Part shown: positions 1-8,722 of the stretch, piece by piece | Position numbering within the stretch: the stretch's first letter is position 1 | Layout: every line of letters begins with the position of its first letter | Assembly (NCBI GenBank): GCA_035650735.1 | Contig: DASRGZ010000206.1 | Location: 45,799-65,798, forward strand | Length of the DNA: 20,000 bases | Reading direction: 5' to 3' | Source of the DNA: Chthonomonadaceae bacterium | Lineage (GTDB): Bacteria; Armatimonadota; Chthonomonadetes; Chthonomonadales; Chthonomonadaceae | The notes under the pieces: model-generated | What the model saw: the letters and a program-made list of their open reading frames with translations, nothing else | What the model was told of the DNA's origin: nothing | The model's database searches: none | Position numbers and translations under genes: made by a program

Positions 1-1562
1 ATGGTACTGTGCCAGAAGATAAAAATCGGGAGGATTGCCTAATCGCTGTATTTGGCACGCCCGGTAAGGAATGACAGCCTCTGGCAACACCTCCGGACTG
101 GTGTCTGTTTCTGAAAGAGTCAAAAGCTCCTCCTGACTAGGTTCGTCTTCCTCTGGATCGGATCCGGGCACTTCCTCAGGAACTTCTTGCAATTCGATAG
201 GGGTTATCGGCGCCGCCGTATCTGCGTTGCGTGCGGCTGCCAGTGCCTCCACTACACGGAGTAGCTGGGCTTCCCGGTTACGTATCCAATCGGAAGACCA
301 AATACGCAGGATACGACCCCGCCAGCCCATGTCTTCCAGCACTTGCTGTCGGAGCCTGTCCCGATCACGGGCTGTTTTGGAGGAGTGATAGGTAGCGCCA
401 TCGCATTCAATACCCAATAGGTAGCGGCCCGGATGAGCGTCATCTACAACGGCTAAATCAATGCGGTAGCCAGCGCAACCAACTTGACGATGCACCCTCA
501 ATCCCCGCTCTTCCAATGCCCGGCAAACCTCTTCCTCAAACGGCGAGTCGAACTCCGCAGCGCCGGAAACCGTGCTCTCTTTAGCGAGAGCGGAAGGCCC
601 ACGCTGCGCGAACTCCATATAGTACTTCAGTAGGGCCGGGCCTCTCTTATCTGTCCGGCTCAGATCTATATCCTGCGGCAAGATCGAACTGACCAGCTTG
701 ACCTGATATTTGGCGCGCGTTATAGCCACGTTTAGCCGCCGTTCGCCGCCGTCCTTGTTGAGTGGGCCAAAATTCATGGACAATTTGCCATGTTGATCCC
801 GCCCGTAGCCGACGCTAAAAAGGATGGTATCCCGTTCATCACCCTGCACATTTTCCAGGTTCTTGATAAAGAACGGCTCCTCACCTTCCTCCGCAAAGAA
901 CTGCTCGTACTCCGGCTTTTGAGTGCGCAAATGCCGAATTTCGTCATCTATGGCAGTCTGCTGCCGTTCGCTGAAGGCGATCACTCCCAGTGAGCGTTCC
1001 GGGCGCGTATCGAAGTGCTGGAAGACCAGTTCGGCAACCTTGCGCGCCTCTTCCCGGTTGGTGCCAGCACTTTGTCCTTTGCCACGAATATACACGCCGT
1101 TCGGCACGTAGATAAATTCGACACACCGGTCAGCGCCTTGCGCATCGGCCACATACGGGCCGGGAAAGGTCACCAGTCTGTTCTCATAAAAGTGGTGGTT
1201 GGAGAAGGCGATCAGCGCCTCACAGCGGCTGCGGTAGTGCCAGCGCAGCATCCATTGTGGCAGACCTGCTATCGTGGAGCATTCATCCAGAATGCTCTCG
1301 TAGATTTCCGTTGCTGCCTCCTCCTCTTCTTCCTCCGTGTCATAATCATCGGTAGCGCCTGCGGTGAAGAACCGCGTCGGCGGCAACTGCTTGCTATCCC
1401 CTACCACGATGACCTGCTTGCCACGCATGATCGCCCCCACTGCATCCTCCGAGCAGATTTGCGAAGCTTCATCGAATATCACCGTATCGAACTGGATTGC
1501 CTCAGGATCGAGGAATGTCGCCACCGAGAGTGGACTCATCAGCAAGCATGGCTTGAGCGCTA
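1..1562 (-). pseudogene. 5'-truncated SF1 (DNA2/NAM7-like, AAA_11/AAA_12) helicase fused to a Vsr-like (MTES_1575-type) nuclease domain, DUF4011/DUF3320-type architecture; runs off the left edge
   Basis: Manual minus-strand translation (absent from the ORF track because it has no stop in the window): LALKPCLLMSPLSVATFLDP..FDTVIFDEASQ (Walker B)..VVGDSKQLPPTRFF..NFGPLNKDGGERRLNVAITRAK (motif VI)..FDSPFEEEV..QVGCAGYRIDLAV..LGIECDGATYHSSKTARDRDRLRQQVLE..GW..RIWSSDW. The N-terminal part with Walker A is cut off at the IS630 junction. Confidence 0.88.
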
Positions 1563-2772
1563 AGTAGACGCACCTAGTTCGTTCGTAGAAAGGCGTGGAG
1601 GATCTTCACGCCATGTATCGTGTCCAGTTTGATGACGAGGCGCGCCAAGAACTCAACCGACGCGCCCACCAACCAGGGATTGCGCCCAGCACCCGCGACC
1701 GACTGGAGATGCTGCGCCTCTCGGATGCGGGATGGAGCATCCCCAAGATCGCGTTGCATCTGAGCCTGCATGAACAAACCGTGCGCCGCTGGATCAAGGT
1801 CTTCCTTCTGGAAGGCTTTGACGCCCTGGTGGATCCACCCCGACCGGGCAAGCCTTCGGCCATCACCCAAGAGATCCTGGCGGCGGTGCGCGCATGGATC
1901 GAAGCAGGCGAGCGCATCTGGAGCGCAGGCCAGATCGCCGAAGAAGTCGACCGGGTCTAGGGCATCCGCCGGGGTGCCAAGCACTGGCGGCATCTTCTGC
2001 GGCGCGAAAAGATTGCCTACAAGCGCACCAGTCGTCACCTGACACACAAACAGAACCCGGAGCAGGTCGCCCGCAAGCAGGCAGAATGGGAAACCCTGCC
2101 AAAAAGGGGGAGGCAGGCGAGATAGACGTGTGTTCCCAGGACGAAGCGGGTTTTGCCATGACGCTTCCGACCTGTTATAGTTGGTTCCCCATCGGGAAGG
2201 TGTTGCGTATTCCCTACGAAGCGCCCCAGGGACGCCGGGTCAACGCCATCGGAGCCTACTTCTCGCACGGCCCCGAAACAGGACGCTTTGAGTTCGCCAC
2301 CTATGCCCGCCTGCCCAAAAACCGGGCCAAGAAACAGCGCAAGACACCAGAGCAGATTGCGGCAGCACAGGGCTTACTCCCAGAGGAGGTCGGCCCCATT
2401 GACAGCAGGCGGTTTCTGGCCTTTGTCTGGCGGATCGCTGGCCGTCCCACGGTCTATGCCCCAGACTGGAAGCGGGAGCGCCCCTTGTGGATGGTGTTGG
2501 ACAACTACTCGGTGCATACCAGCCAACCGGTTCAGGAAGCTATCCCGGAGTTGGAAGCAGCGAACGTGTTTTTCTTCTATCTGCCCTCCTACAGTCCCGA
2601 ATTGTCGGAGATTGAGCCAATCTGGAAGGCGCTCAAGCATCACGAGATCCCGGTTCGCAGTCATTCGCAGGTCAAGGACTTGAAGGCTGCGGTGGACGCG
2701 GCACTGACCAGGAAAGCCGAAGCATTGTTGGCAGCCCAACCAGAAACTAAGAACGAACTACGTGCGGCTGCT
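1563..2772 (+). mobile_element. IS630-family insertion sequence (about 1.2 kb) with TA target duplication in a CTAG context
   Basis: Left end CTAAGTAGACGCACCTAGTTCGTTC (1560-1584) matches the reverse complement of the right end, CTAAGCAGCCGCACGTAGTTCGTTC (2751-2775), at 22/25 positions including the flanks. TA lies at 1561-1562 and 2773-2774. Encodes HTH and DDE ORFs. Confidence 0.93.
1613..2125 (+). pseudogene. IS630 transposase ORF A (HTH DNA-binding part) with an internal in-frame TAG at 1958-1960
   Basis: GGAGG RBS at 1597-1601 and ATG at 1613. HTH signature: GWSIPKIALHLSLHEQTVRRWIKVF..GFDALVDPPRPGKP. The frame continues past the TAG as GIRRGAKHWRHLLRREKIAYKRTSRHL (winged HTH) to TAG at 2123-2125. 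Confidence 0.8.
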
Positions 2773-2775
2773 TAG
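2101..2775 (+). CDS. IS630 transposase ORF B (DDE catalytic domain), probably joined to ORF A by a -1 frameshift
   Basis: Motifs QDEAGF, VLDNYSVH and YLPSYSPELSEIEPIW. An AAAAAGGGGG run at 2101-2110 lies in the overlap, with ORF B in the -1 frame relative to ORF A. Confidence 0.88.
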   Translation, partial: KKGEAGEIDVCSQDEAGFAMTLPTCYSWFPIGKVLRIPYEAPQGRRVNAIGAYFSHGPETGRFEFATYARLPKNRAKKQRKTPEQIAAAQGLLPEEVGPIDSRRFLAFVWRIAGRPTVYAPDWKRERPLWMVLDNYSVHTSQPVQEAIPELEAANVFFFYLPSYSPELSEIEPIWKALKHHEIPVRSHSQVKDLKAAVDAALTRKAEALLAAQPETKNELRAAA

Positions 2776-2882
2776 GAACATATTGTTCGCCAGACTGCCC
2801 TCTATTCCTCCTATACGGCACCGGTAGCTATACCGGACTGAGAGTCTATGTTATAGAAATCTCAACTGCCGGTATCTAAGGC

Positions 2883-2910
2883 GAACCTTTCCCGCCTTGC
2901 CCGCGCCTAC
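2883..2910 (+). promoter_or_regulatory. Putative ECF-type autoregulatory promoter GAACC-N16-CGCCTA
   Basis: GAACC at 2883-2887 and CGCCTAC at 2904-2910, just upstream of the ECF gene. Resembles the common ECF consensus GAAC(C)-N16/17-CGTC. Confidence 0.45.
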
Positions 2911-2947
2911 TATTACGAATCCTGATAACTATGGAGGGAAATCGCCC

Positions 2948-4288
2948 GTGCTGGATCCCGGCGATGAGATTCTGTTGCGGCGTTCGGCGCAGGGGGATGA
3001 GAGGGCCTTCGTGCAGCTTGTCCGCCGGTATCGGCAGGCGCTCGTCCGCTATGTCCGTTCCCGGATCGGCCATCCCGACGATGCCGAGGATGTCTTGCAG
3101 GAGACGCTGCTCGCCGCCTGGGTCGGGCTGCACCAGCTCCGCGATCCGACCAGCGTGCGCGCCTGGCTGCTGCAGGTGGCCCATCATCGCTGCCAGGACT
3201 ATTTCCGCGCGAAGGGACGGCGCGACGTGCCGACCGAAGAGCGGCACCTGGAGCAATACGCCAACCGGTTTGGCCTGCGCCAGTACCGCCAGGCGCGCAC
3301 GCTCACCGAGGCCATGGAGGCTCTGGAAGCCATGCCGATGGCTGAGCGCGAAACTGCCAGGCGGTTCTACCTGGAAGGGCTGACCATCGCCGAGATAGCC
3401 GCCCAGACCCAATGCCCGCCCGGGACGGTCAAGCGGCGGCTCTTCCAGGCGCGCAATCTACTTCGCCAGACCCTGGGCGTTGCCCTCCAGGAAAGGAGTG
3501 CGGACATGGGTAAGCAGGCACGAGCCGCGCGCACGCCCGCGTTCCCGGCGCAGCGCCCGCAGATCACGATCACCCCGAGCGAGGAGGCGCCGTTCCCGGT
3601 GGATTGCCCGGAACTGCGCTGGTGGTCCATTATCCCCCGCGTAGGCGAGCGGGCCTCCTGGGCCGAATATGAGCCGCCCCATTGGAATCTGATGGAGGTG
3701 ACGGAGATGCAGGTGGTGCGCCCGGCTAAAGTTCACGACGTGGAGGGGGTCGAGATCGAGATCCGGCCCTGGAAGGCCGAGGCAGGCTGGCAGCCCCCCT
3801 GGACGATGGTTGGCCGGCTGACCGAGCAGAAAGCGCAGTATCTGGCGACGATCCGGCAGCACGAGGGAACCACCCTGGTGTTTACTTTCCTCGATGCGGA
3901 CTTCGATTGGGATTGGGGCGAGATGGATCGCGTGCTGGAGGATCGGGGGCGTTTCCTTCAGGAAGCCGATGGCTCGCTAAGGCTGGTGGGCAGCGCCGCC
4001 AATGGCGAGACCGGCGGCGCCGGCGTCTTCTCGGTAGCGGTTGACGACAAGCAGTTTACCTGTTTGCGCGTGCTGGAGGTGGGAAGCCCGGTGCAGGAGA
4101 AAACCGCCCGGTTGATCGAGAGCTACCTGACGCGCGAGGGCCGCACCGTGCTCACGCGCCACTACTGTCACCCCGACTTTGCCCAGGTGGCCCGGTTTCC
4201 GGTGGTGGTGGACCCGACGGAGCGGCGCGTAGTGGAGGGAGCGCCCTTCGCACACTGGTACGACACGCTGACAGATCAAATCCTGTGA
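2948..4288 (+). CDS. ECF sigma-70 factor with a roughly 250 aa C-terminal extension of unknown function
   Basis: Region 2: GDERAFVQLVRRY..DDAEDVLQET..RAWLLQVAHHRCQD. Region 4: FYLEGLTIAEIA..PGTVKRRLFQAR. GTG start at 2948 with GGAGG at 2933-2937 (the ORF track extends to 2897). Confidence 0.9.
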   Translation: MLDPGDEILLRRSAQGDERAFVQLVRRYRQALVRYVRSRIGHPDDAEDVLQETLLAAWVGLHQLRDPTSVRAWLLQVAHHRCQDYFRAKGRRDVPTEERHLEQYANRFGLRQYRQARTLTEAMEALEAMPMAERETARRFYLEGLTIAEIAAQTQCPPGTVKRRLFQARNLLRQTLGVALQERSADMGKQARAARTPAFPAQRPQITITPSEEAPFPVDCPELRWWSIIPRVGERASWAEYEPPHWNLMEVTEMQVVRPAKVHDVEGVEIEIRPWKAEAGWQPPWTMVGRLTEQKAQYLATIRQHEGTTLVFTFLDADFDWDWGEMDRVLEDRGRFLQEADGSLRLVGSAANGETGGAGVFSVAVDDKQFTCLRVLEVGSPVQEKTARLIESYLTREGRTVLTRHYCHPDFAQVARFPVVVDPTERRVVEGAPFAHWYDTLTDQIL

Positions 4289-4388
4289 GGCTCGCCCGCA
4301 GCCTCCAGCGTGGAGCCGGCCCTGTCAGAAAGTGCTGGCTCCGTCCTTTTGCCGCCGCGCCGATTGCGGCTCAGAAAGAAATGGCGCT

Positions 4389-5597
4389 TCAGCAGCGCCC
4401 CGGAGGAGTTTGCAGCAGGACGTAGGCTTCGCGGGCAATCTGCCACTCCTCCTCGGTGGGAATGGCCCAGATCTGTACCGGGCTGTTCTCTGCGCTGAGG
4501 CGCGCTGGCTGCCGGCTGTCGGCGAGGCGATTGCGGTCGCTATCAAGAAGCAGGCCCAGAAATTCCAATCCCCGGCAGATGCGCGCCCGCATGACGGCAG
4601 AATGCTCGCCGATTCCCCCGGTGAACGCGATGGCATCCAATCCTTCCAGCGCCGCCGCATACGCGCCGAGGTATTTCCGAACGCGATAGGCGAAAATCTC
4701 CAGCGCCAGTTCCGCCCGCCTGTCTCCCCCTGCCGCCGCTTGCTCCAGGTCTCGCGCATCTCCGGTGCGCCCGGAAAGCCCACGCAGCCCGCTCTGATGC
4801 TGAAGCAGGTCCTCGACTTCCTCAGGGGTCATCCCGCAGGCCCGGAGGAGATGCAGCACCAGGCCGGGGTCCAGATCGCCGCAGCGCGTTCCCATAACCA
4901 GCCCTTCCAGCGGCGTCAGGCCCATGCTGGTATCCACGCTGCGCCCGTCCCGTACCGCGCAGACGCTCGCGCCGTTGCCCAGGTGGCAGGTGATGAGCCG
5001 TGTTCCCGGAGCGTCCCGTCCCAGGCATTGCAGCAGCCGCTCGGAGATATAGCGGTGCGAGATGCCGTGAAAACCGTAGCGGCGCAGCCCATATCGCGCG
5101 CTGAACTCCAGGGGCAGCGCATAGGTGGCGGCGACTTCCGGCAGCGTGCGATGGAAGGCAGTATCGAAAACCGCGACGGCAGGCGTCTCCGGCAGCAGCC
5201 GCAGCCCCGCCTCGATGCCGGCCAGGCCAGCGGGATTATGCAGCGGGGCAAGCCTGCTCAGGGCGCGGACGTCCTCTATCACGGCGGGCGTGATGCGCGT
5301 CGGCTCAACAAACCGTTCCCCTCCATGCACGATCCGATGCCCGATAGCCTCCACTCCCTGGGGAAGACAGCCGCGTATTGCCTCTTCCGCCGCCTGCCCA
5401 TGAGTCTCTGCCGGAACCGGACGGACCACCTCCGGTCGGTCGGCAACCGACAGGCGCAGGCTGGCCTCCTGTGTCCCGATTCGATCCACGATGCCTTCTG
5501 CCAGTGCCGCCTCTCTATCGAGAGCAGGCTCGCCCGACATTCGGAAGAGGCGAAATTTCAGCGTGGAGCTTCCCGCATTCAGCACCAGGATATTCAA
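4389..5597 (-). CDS. ackA: Acetate/propionate kinase
   Basis: ILVLNAGSSTLK, GHRIVHGG, APLHNP, VFDTAFH, RRYGFHGISH, CHLGNGAS, TSMGLTPLEGLVMGTRCGDLD, FTGGIGE, IPTEEE. Confidence 0.96.
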   Translation of the reverse strand: MNILVLNAGSSTLKFRLFRMSGEPALDREAALAEGIVDRIGTQEASLRLSVADRPEVVRPVPAETHGQAAEEAIRGCLPQGVEAIGHRIVHGGERFVEPTRITPAVIEDVRALSRLAPLHNPAGLAGIEAGLRLLPETPAVAVFDTAFHRTLPEVAATYALPLEFSARYGLRRYGFHGISHRYISERLLQCLGRDAPGTRLITCHLGNGASVCAVRDGRSVDTSMGLTPLEGLVMGTRCGDLDPGLVLHLLRACGMTPEEVEDLLQHQSGLRGLSGRTGDARDLEQAAAGGDRRAELALEIFAYRVRKYLGAYAAALEGLDAIAFTGGIGEHSAVMRARICRGLEFLGLLLDSDRNRLADSRQPARLSAENSPVQIWAIPTEEEWQIAREAYVLLQTPPGRC

Positions 5598-5638
5598 GAG
5601 CCTTTCCTTATGCTCTCAGCAGGGTTCAGCCTGCCGCG

Positions 5639-6526
5639 TCAGGGTTGGGCCTCTTCCTCCGACAGGAAGAACGGCTGCGTCCAGGCGGTCCTGCCGCCGG
5701 CGCCATAGCACTCCACGCGCACATAGCCGCCCTCCTCCCCGGTGACCTCGTAGGTGGCGTGGTCGGCGTCCACATCGTACACACCACGGCTATAGGCGCC
5801 GATGAATCGGATACGCTGCGCATTAGGAGCGGCCACCGAGATCGTGCGCTCGCCTACCTCGATCTGGGCGATCTCCACGCCGGACGAGGCGTAGAAGCGT
5901 CCCTGGCGCAGTGCCTCACAAAGGGCCTCCACGCTGCGGTCGGCGGCCTGGACGACGTTCCAGCCGCGCCCGATGTCGGTGGGAGCGTGCGAGTCGTCGT
6001 GGGCGTAGCCCCAGACGCGCCGACCGCCCGACAGCAGGCGATCCCAGCGATCCGTGGCCAGCGCGCTGCCCTCCAGACGCTCGATGAGGGCGTTGTAGAT
6101 CTCGATGCCCGCGTAGCCCTCCAACTGCTCCATCAACTCCTGCGGGAAGTGATTATAATGGTGCAGCCAGTTGGGATGGTTGAGAACGGTAAAGCCGCTC
6201 TGCGCGGCGGTCTCCGCAAGGACCTGCTGGCGGTCGGCATCGGGCGTGATGACCGCGCGAATCTGCACGGCCAGGATATGCGGCCCGTTGCAGCTAACCT
6301 CATCCGCCGGGATCAAGGTCATGCGAGTCAGCGCCTGGAACTCCTCAGGCGGCACCAGCAAATCATGATCGGAGATCGCGAGAAAGTCATAGCCCAGTTG
6401 CTCGTACCGGGCGATGACCTCTTCGGGTGACGCGCTGCCGTCGCTGCGCGTCGTGTGCGCGTGCAGATTGCCTCGCAGCCATTGGAAGCCGCGCGGGAGA
6501 TAGGGAGAAAGCAGGCGAATAGACAT
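5639..6526 (-). CDS. PHP-domain metallo-phosphoesterase (CehA/McbA-like)
   Basis: GNLHAHTTRSDG, DFLAISDHD, NHP, IEIYN, DDSH, ALRQGRFYASSG, YVRVEC, AWTQP. Confidence 0.88.
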   Translation of the reverse strand: MSIRLLSPYLPRGFQWLRGNLHAHTTRSDGSASPEEVIARYEQLGYDFLAISDHDLLVPPEEFQALTRMTLIPADEVSCNGPHILAVQIRAVITPDADRQQVLAETAAQSGFTVLNHPNWLHHYNHFPQELMEQLEGYAGIEIYNALIERLEGSALATDRWDRLLSGGRRVWGYAHDDSHAPTDIGRGWNVVQAADRSVEALCEALRQGRFYASSGVEIAQIEVGERTISVAAPNAQRIRFIGAYSRGVYDVDADHATYEVTGEEGGYVRVECYGAGGRTAWTQPFFLSEEEAQP

Positions 6527-6906
6527 AAGTAAGCCCCTCTTGAAGTACCCCTTTCGGCCAGGGGTGATGGCTCTACTATTCGCGGCGCAGCCACCTTTAT
6601 CATTCCTAGAAATCCCAGGAATCTCTTAAAGGAACTTTCCAGGCTCAGCACGAATCCAATGTTGATACGCATCTTAGGCAGGCGCCTCTTGGTATCCGCC
6701 CGTTGCGTACCTGGAGCTCCGTCGAGCCATAGCGGTCGCCCGCAGAACAGGAAGGCCGATGCGCGCCCTTTCCTGGTATAGGGCGGGCCGCTGGCAGGAT
6801 GGCAGGAAGTCGCTGCCGCTCGTGCAAATGCATATCTCTGTCGGAACGCGCTATAAACTTGATTGGCAGGGAGCAGCAGGAATCGCGCGCTCAAAAGGAG
6901 CATACT

Positions 6907-7929
6907 ATGCCCGGACATGACATTATCGTCGTCGGGGCCTCAGCGGGCGGCGTGGAAGCGCTCACCCGATTGGTAGCGGAACTGCCTGCCGATCTGCCTG
7001 CGGCGCTCTTCGTCGTTCTGCATATTCCGCCCTATAACAACAGCGTCCTGCCCAATATCCTGAGCCGTTCTGGCCCCTTGCCTGCCTGTCATCCCCGTGA
7101 CAACGAGCCGATTCAGCACGGACATATCTATATCGCGCCTCCGGACCACCACCTGCTGGTACAGCGCGGACATATCCGCCTGACTCGCGACGCGACGGAA
7201 AACGGCCTTCGGCCCTCTGTAGACCCGATGTTCCGTTCGGCAGCGCATGCCTACGGGCCGCGCGTGGTCGGCGTGATCCTCTCCGGCGTGCTGGATGACG
7301 GCACGGCGGGGTTGATGGTAATCAAGCGGCATGGGGGTCTGGCGGTCGTGCAGCATCCGGAGGATGCCCTCTTTCCTGGCATGGCGCTGAGCGCCATCGA
7401 GAACGTGACGGTGGACGAGATCCTGCCGCTGGCGGATATCCCACCGCTGCTGGTGAATCTGGCCCATGAACCAGTATCCACAGAAGGAGAAAGCGTTGTG
7501 GCTGGGGAAATAGAGTATGAACAGCCAGACCCAAATCTGGACGTGGAAAGGAGCGACGAGGGGATCGGTATCCCCTCCGTCTATTCGTGCCCGGAATGCC
7601 ATGGCACGCTCTGGGAAGTCCGGGATGAGGAGTTGATCCGCTTTCGCTGCCGGGTAGGGCACGCCTATTCGGCGGATAGCCTGCTGGCCCAACAATGCGA
7701 GCAGTTGGAGGCGGCGCTGTGGAGCGCCTACCGTGCGCTAAAAGAGAGCGCGGCGCTGGCGCGGCGGCTGGCCGAGCGCGCGCTCCTGCGCAATCACTCT
7801 CTCTCTGCGGAGCGCTTTGGCGCCCAGGCGCGTGACGCCGAAGAGCGCGCCAACCTCATCCAGAATGTCCTCCTGCGGGGCGAACTCAGCGCCCCTTCCG
7901 AGCCGCCGCTGCCATCTGAAGTCGAGTAG
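6907..7929 (+). CDS. cheB: CheB-type methylesterase with a C-terminal CxxC...CxxxH (Zn-ribbon-like) and helical domain; no receiver domain
   Basis: AAGGAG RBS and ATG at 6907. Ser-His-Asp triad motifs GASAGG, VLHI, GVILSGVLDDG; also RPSVDPMFRSAA. C-terminal YSCPECHGTLWE..RFRCRVGHAYS. Confidence 0.92.
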   Translation: MPGHDIIVVGASAGGVEALTRLVAELPADLPAALFVVLHIPPYNNSVLPNILSRSGPLPACHPRDNEPIQHGHIYIAPPDHHLLVQRGHIRLTRDATENGLRPSVDPMFRSAAHAYGPRVVGVILSGVLDDGTAGLMVIKRHGGLAVVQHPEDALFPGMALSAIENVTVDEILPLADIPPLLVNLAHEPVSTEGESVVAGEIEYEQPDPNLDVERSDEGIGIPSVYSCPECHGTLWEVRDEELIRFRCRVGHAYSADSLLAQQCEQLEAALWSAYRALKESAALARRLAERALLRNHSLSAERFGAQARDAEERANLIQNVLLRGELSAPSEPPLPSEVE

Positions 7930-7987
7930 AAGCCTCCTACGGCCTCCGTCGGCCATGCGCACCTTGCCGGATGTGCTCACCTCACCT

Positions 7988-8060
7988 TCTCCCCCTCTCC
8001 TTGAGAAGGAGGGGGGAGAGCAGAAGTCGGGTCACCCCCTTCCCTCCGAGGGAAGGGGGT
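7988..8060. repeat. Pair of purine/pyrimidine-rich hairpins (REP-like) between the two cheB genes
   Basis: Imperfect inverted repeat TCTCCCCCTCTCCTT-GAG-AAGGAGGGGGGAGA (7988-8019). Perfect 13 bp inverted repeat ACCCCCTTCCCTC-C-GAGGGAAGGGGGT (8034-8060). Confidence 0.6.
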
Positions 8061-8098
8061 TCGGTCAAAAAGAGAAGGGCTGCCGAAAAGGAATCCTG

Positions 8099-8722
8099 AT
8101 GAACGCTGACCGGGAGCATGATGTTTCCCGCGACGGCTCCGAGGCCACCTTCGCTATTATCGCGCTGGCTGCGTCTGCCGGAGGGCTGCAGGCGGTCAGG
8201 CGCGTCCTTGCGGCCTTGCCGCTCGACTTTCCCGTGCCCATCGTCCTGGTACAGCACCTGGAGCGCCAGCGCCCCACTGTCCTGGCGACTGTTCTCAGCC
8301 GCGATACGCCGCTGCGCGTCAAGCTGGCGGAGGATGGGGAAACCTGCGTTCCAGGCCGGGTCTATATCGCGCCTCCGGATTACCATCTGCTGGTCAATTC
8401 CGACGGCACGCTGAGTCTCTCCCAGGCGGGACTGGTCCATTACGTGCGCCCCTCCGCCGATCGACTGTTCGGGTCGGTGGCGCAAAGCTACCGAGAGCGC
8501 GCCATCGCCGTGGTACTCTCCGGCATGGGACTGGATGGCGCAACAGGGGTGCAGGCAATAAAAAACGCAGGAGGAATCGTCATCGCCCAGAATGAAGCCA
8601 CCTCCCAGTTCTTCGGAATGCCCGAAGCCGCGATTAACACCGGAAGCGTGGATCAGATTCTCCCTCTGGATGCCATCGCGCCCACTCTCCTCAAGCTAGT
8701 CCATAGAGAGGGCTCCTCATGA
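8099..8722 (+). CDS. cheB: Stand-alone CheB methylesterase domain protein
   Basis: ATG at 8099 after AAGGA. Motifs AASAGG, VQHL, YIAPPDYHL, RPSADRLF, VLSGMGLDGA, FGMPEAAI. The stop overlaps the start of the next gene (ATGA). Confidence 0.92.
   Translation: MNADREHDVSRDGSEATFAIIALAASAGGLQAVRRVLAALPLDFPVPIVLVQHLERQRPTVLATVLSRDTPLRVKLAEDGETCVPGRVYIAPPDYHLLVNSDGTLSLSQAGLVHYVRPSADRLFGSVAQSYRERAIAVVLSGMGLDGATGVQAIKNAGGIVIAQNEATSQFFGMPEAAINTGSVDQILPLDAIAPTLLKLVHREGSS

Noticed and set aside
1015..1563. Plus-strand ORFs of 182 aa and shorter over 790-1567
   Set aside because: Antisense shadows of the minus-strand helicase frame, which carries clear motifs.
1894..2100. N-terminal extension of the 293 aa transposase ORF
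   Set aside because: Low-complexity translation overlapping the real ORF A frame; the DDE part is better explained by a frameshift at about 2101.
2821..2836. Palindrome CCGGTA-GCTA-TACCGG upstream of the ECF gene
   Set aside because: Short single occurrence; cannot be assigned as an operator from sequence alone.
2882..2896. CGAACCTTT shared with the MNT insert (possible self-target)
   Set aside because: Only a 9-nt exact match, which is expected by chance.
4332..6430. Long plus-strand ORFs (458 aa and 350 aa)
   Set aside because: Antisense to ackA and the PHP gene; typical high-GC shadow ORFs with no motifs.
7817..8098. N-terminal extension of the second CheB in the ORF track
   Set aside because: Overlaps cheB1 and the hairpins; ATG 8099 with an RBS fits the domain start.
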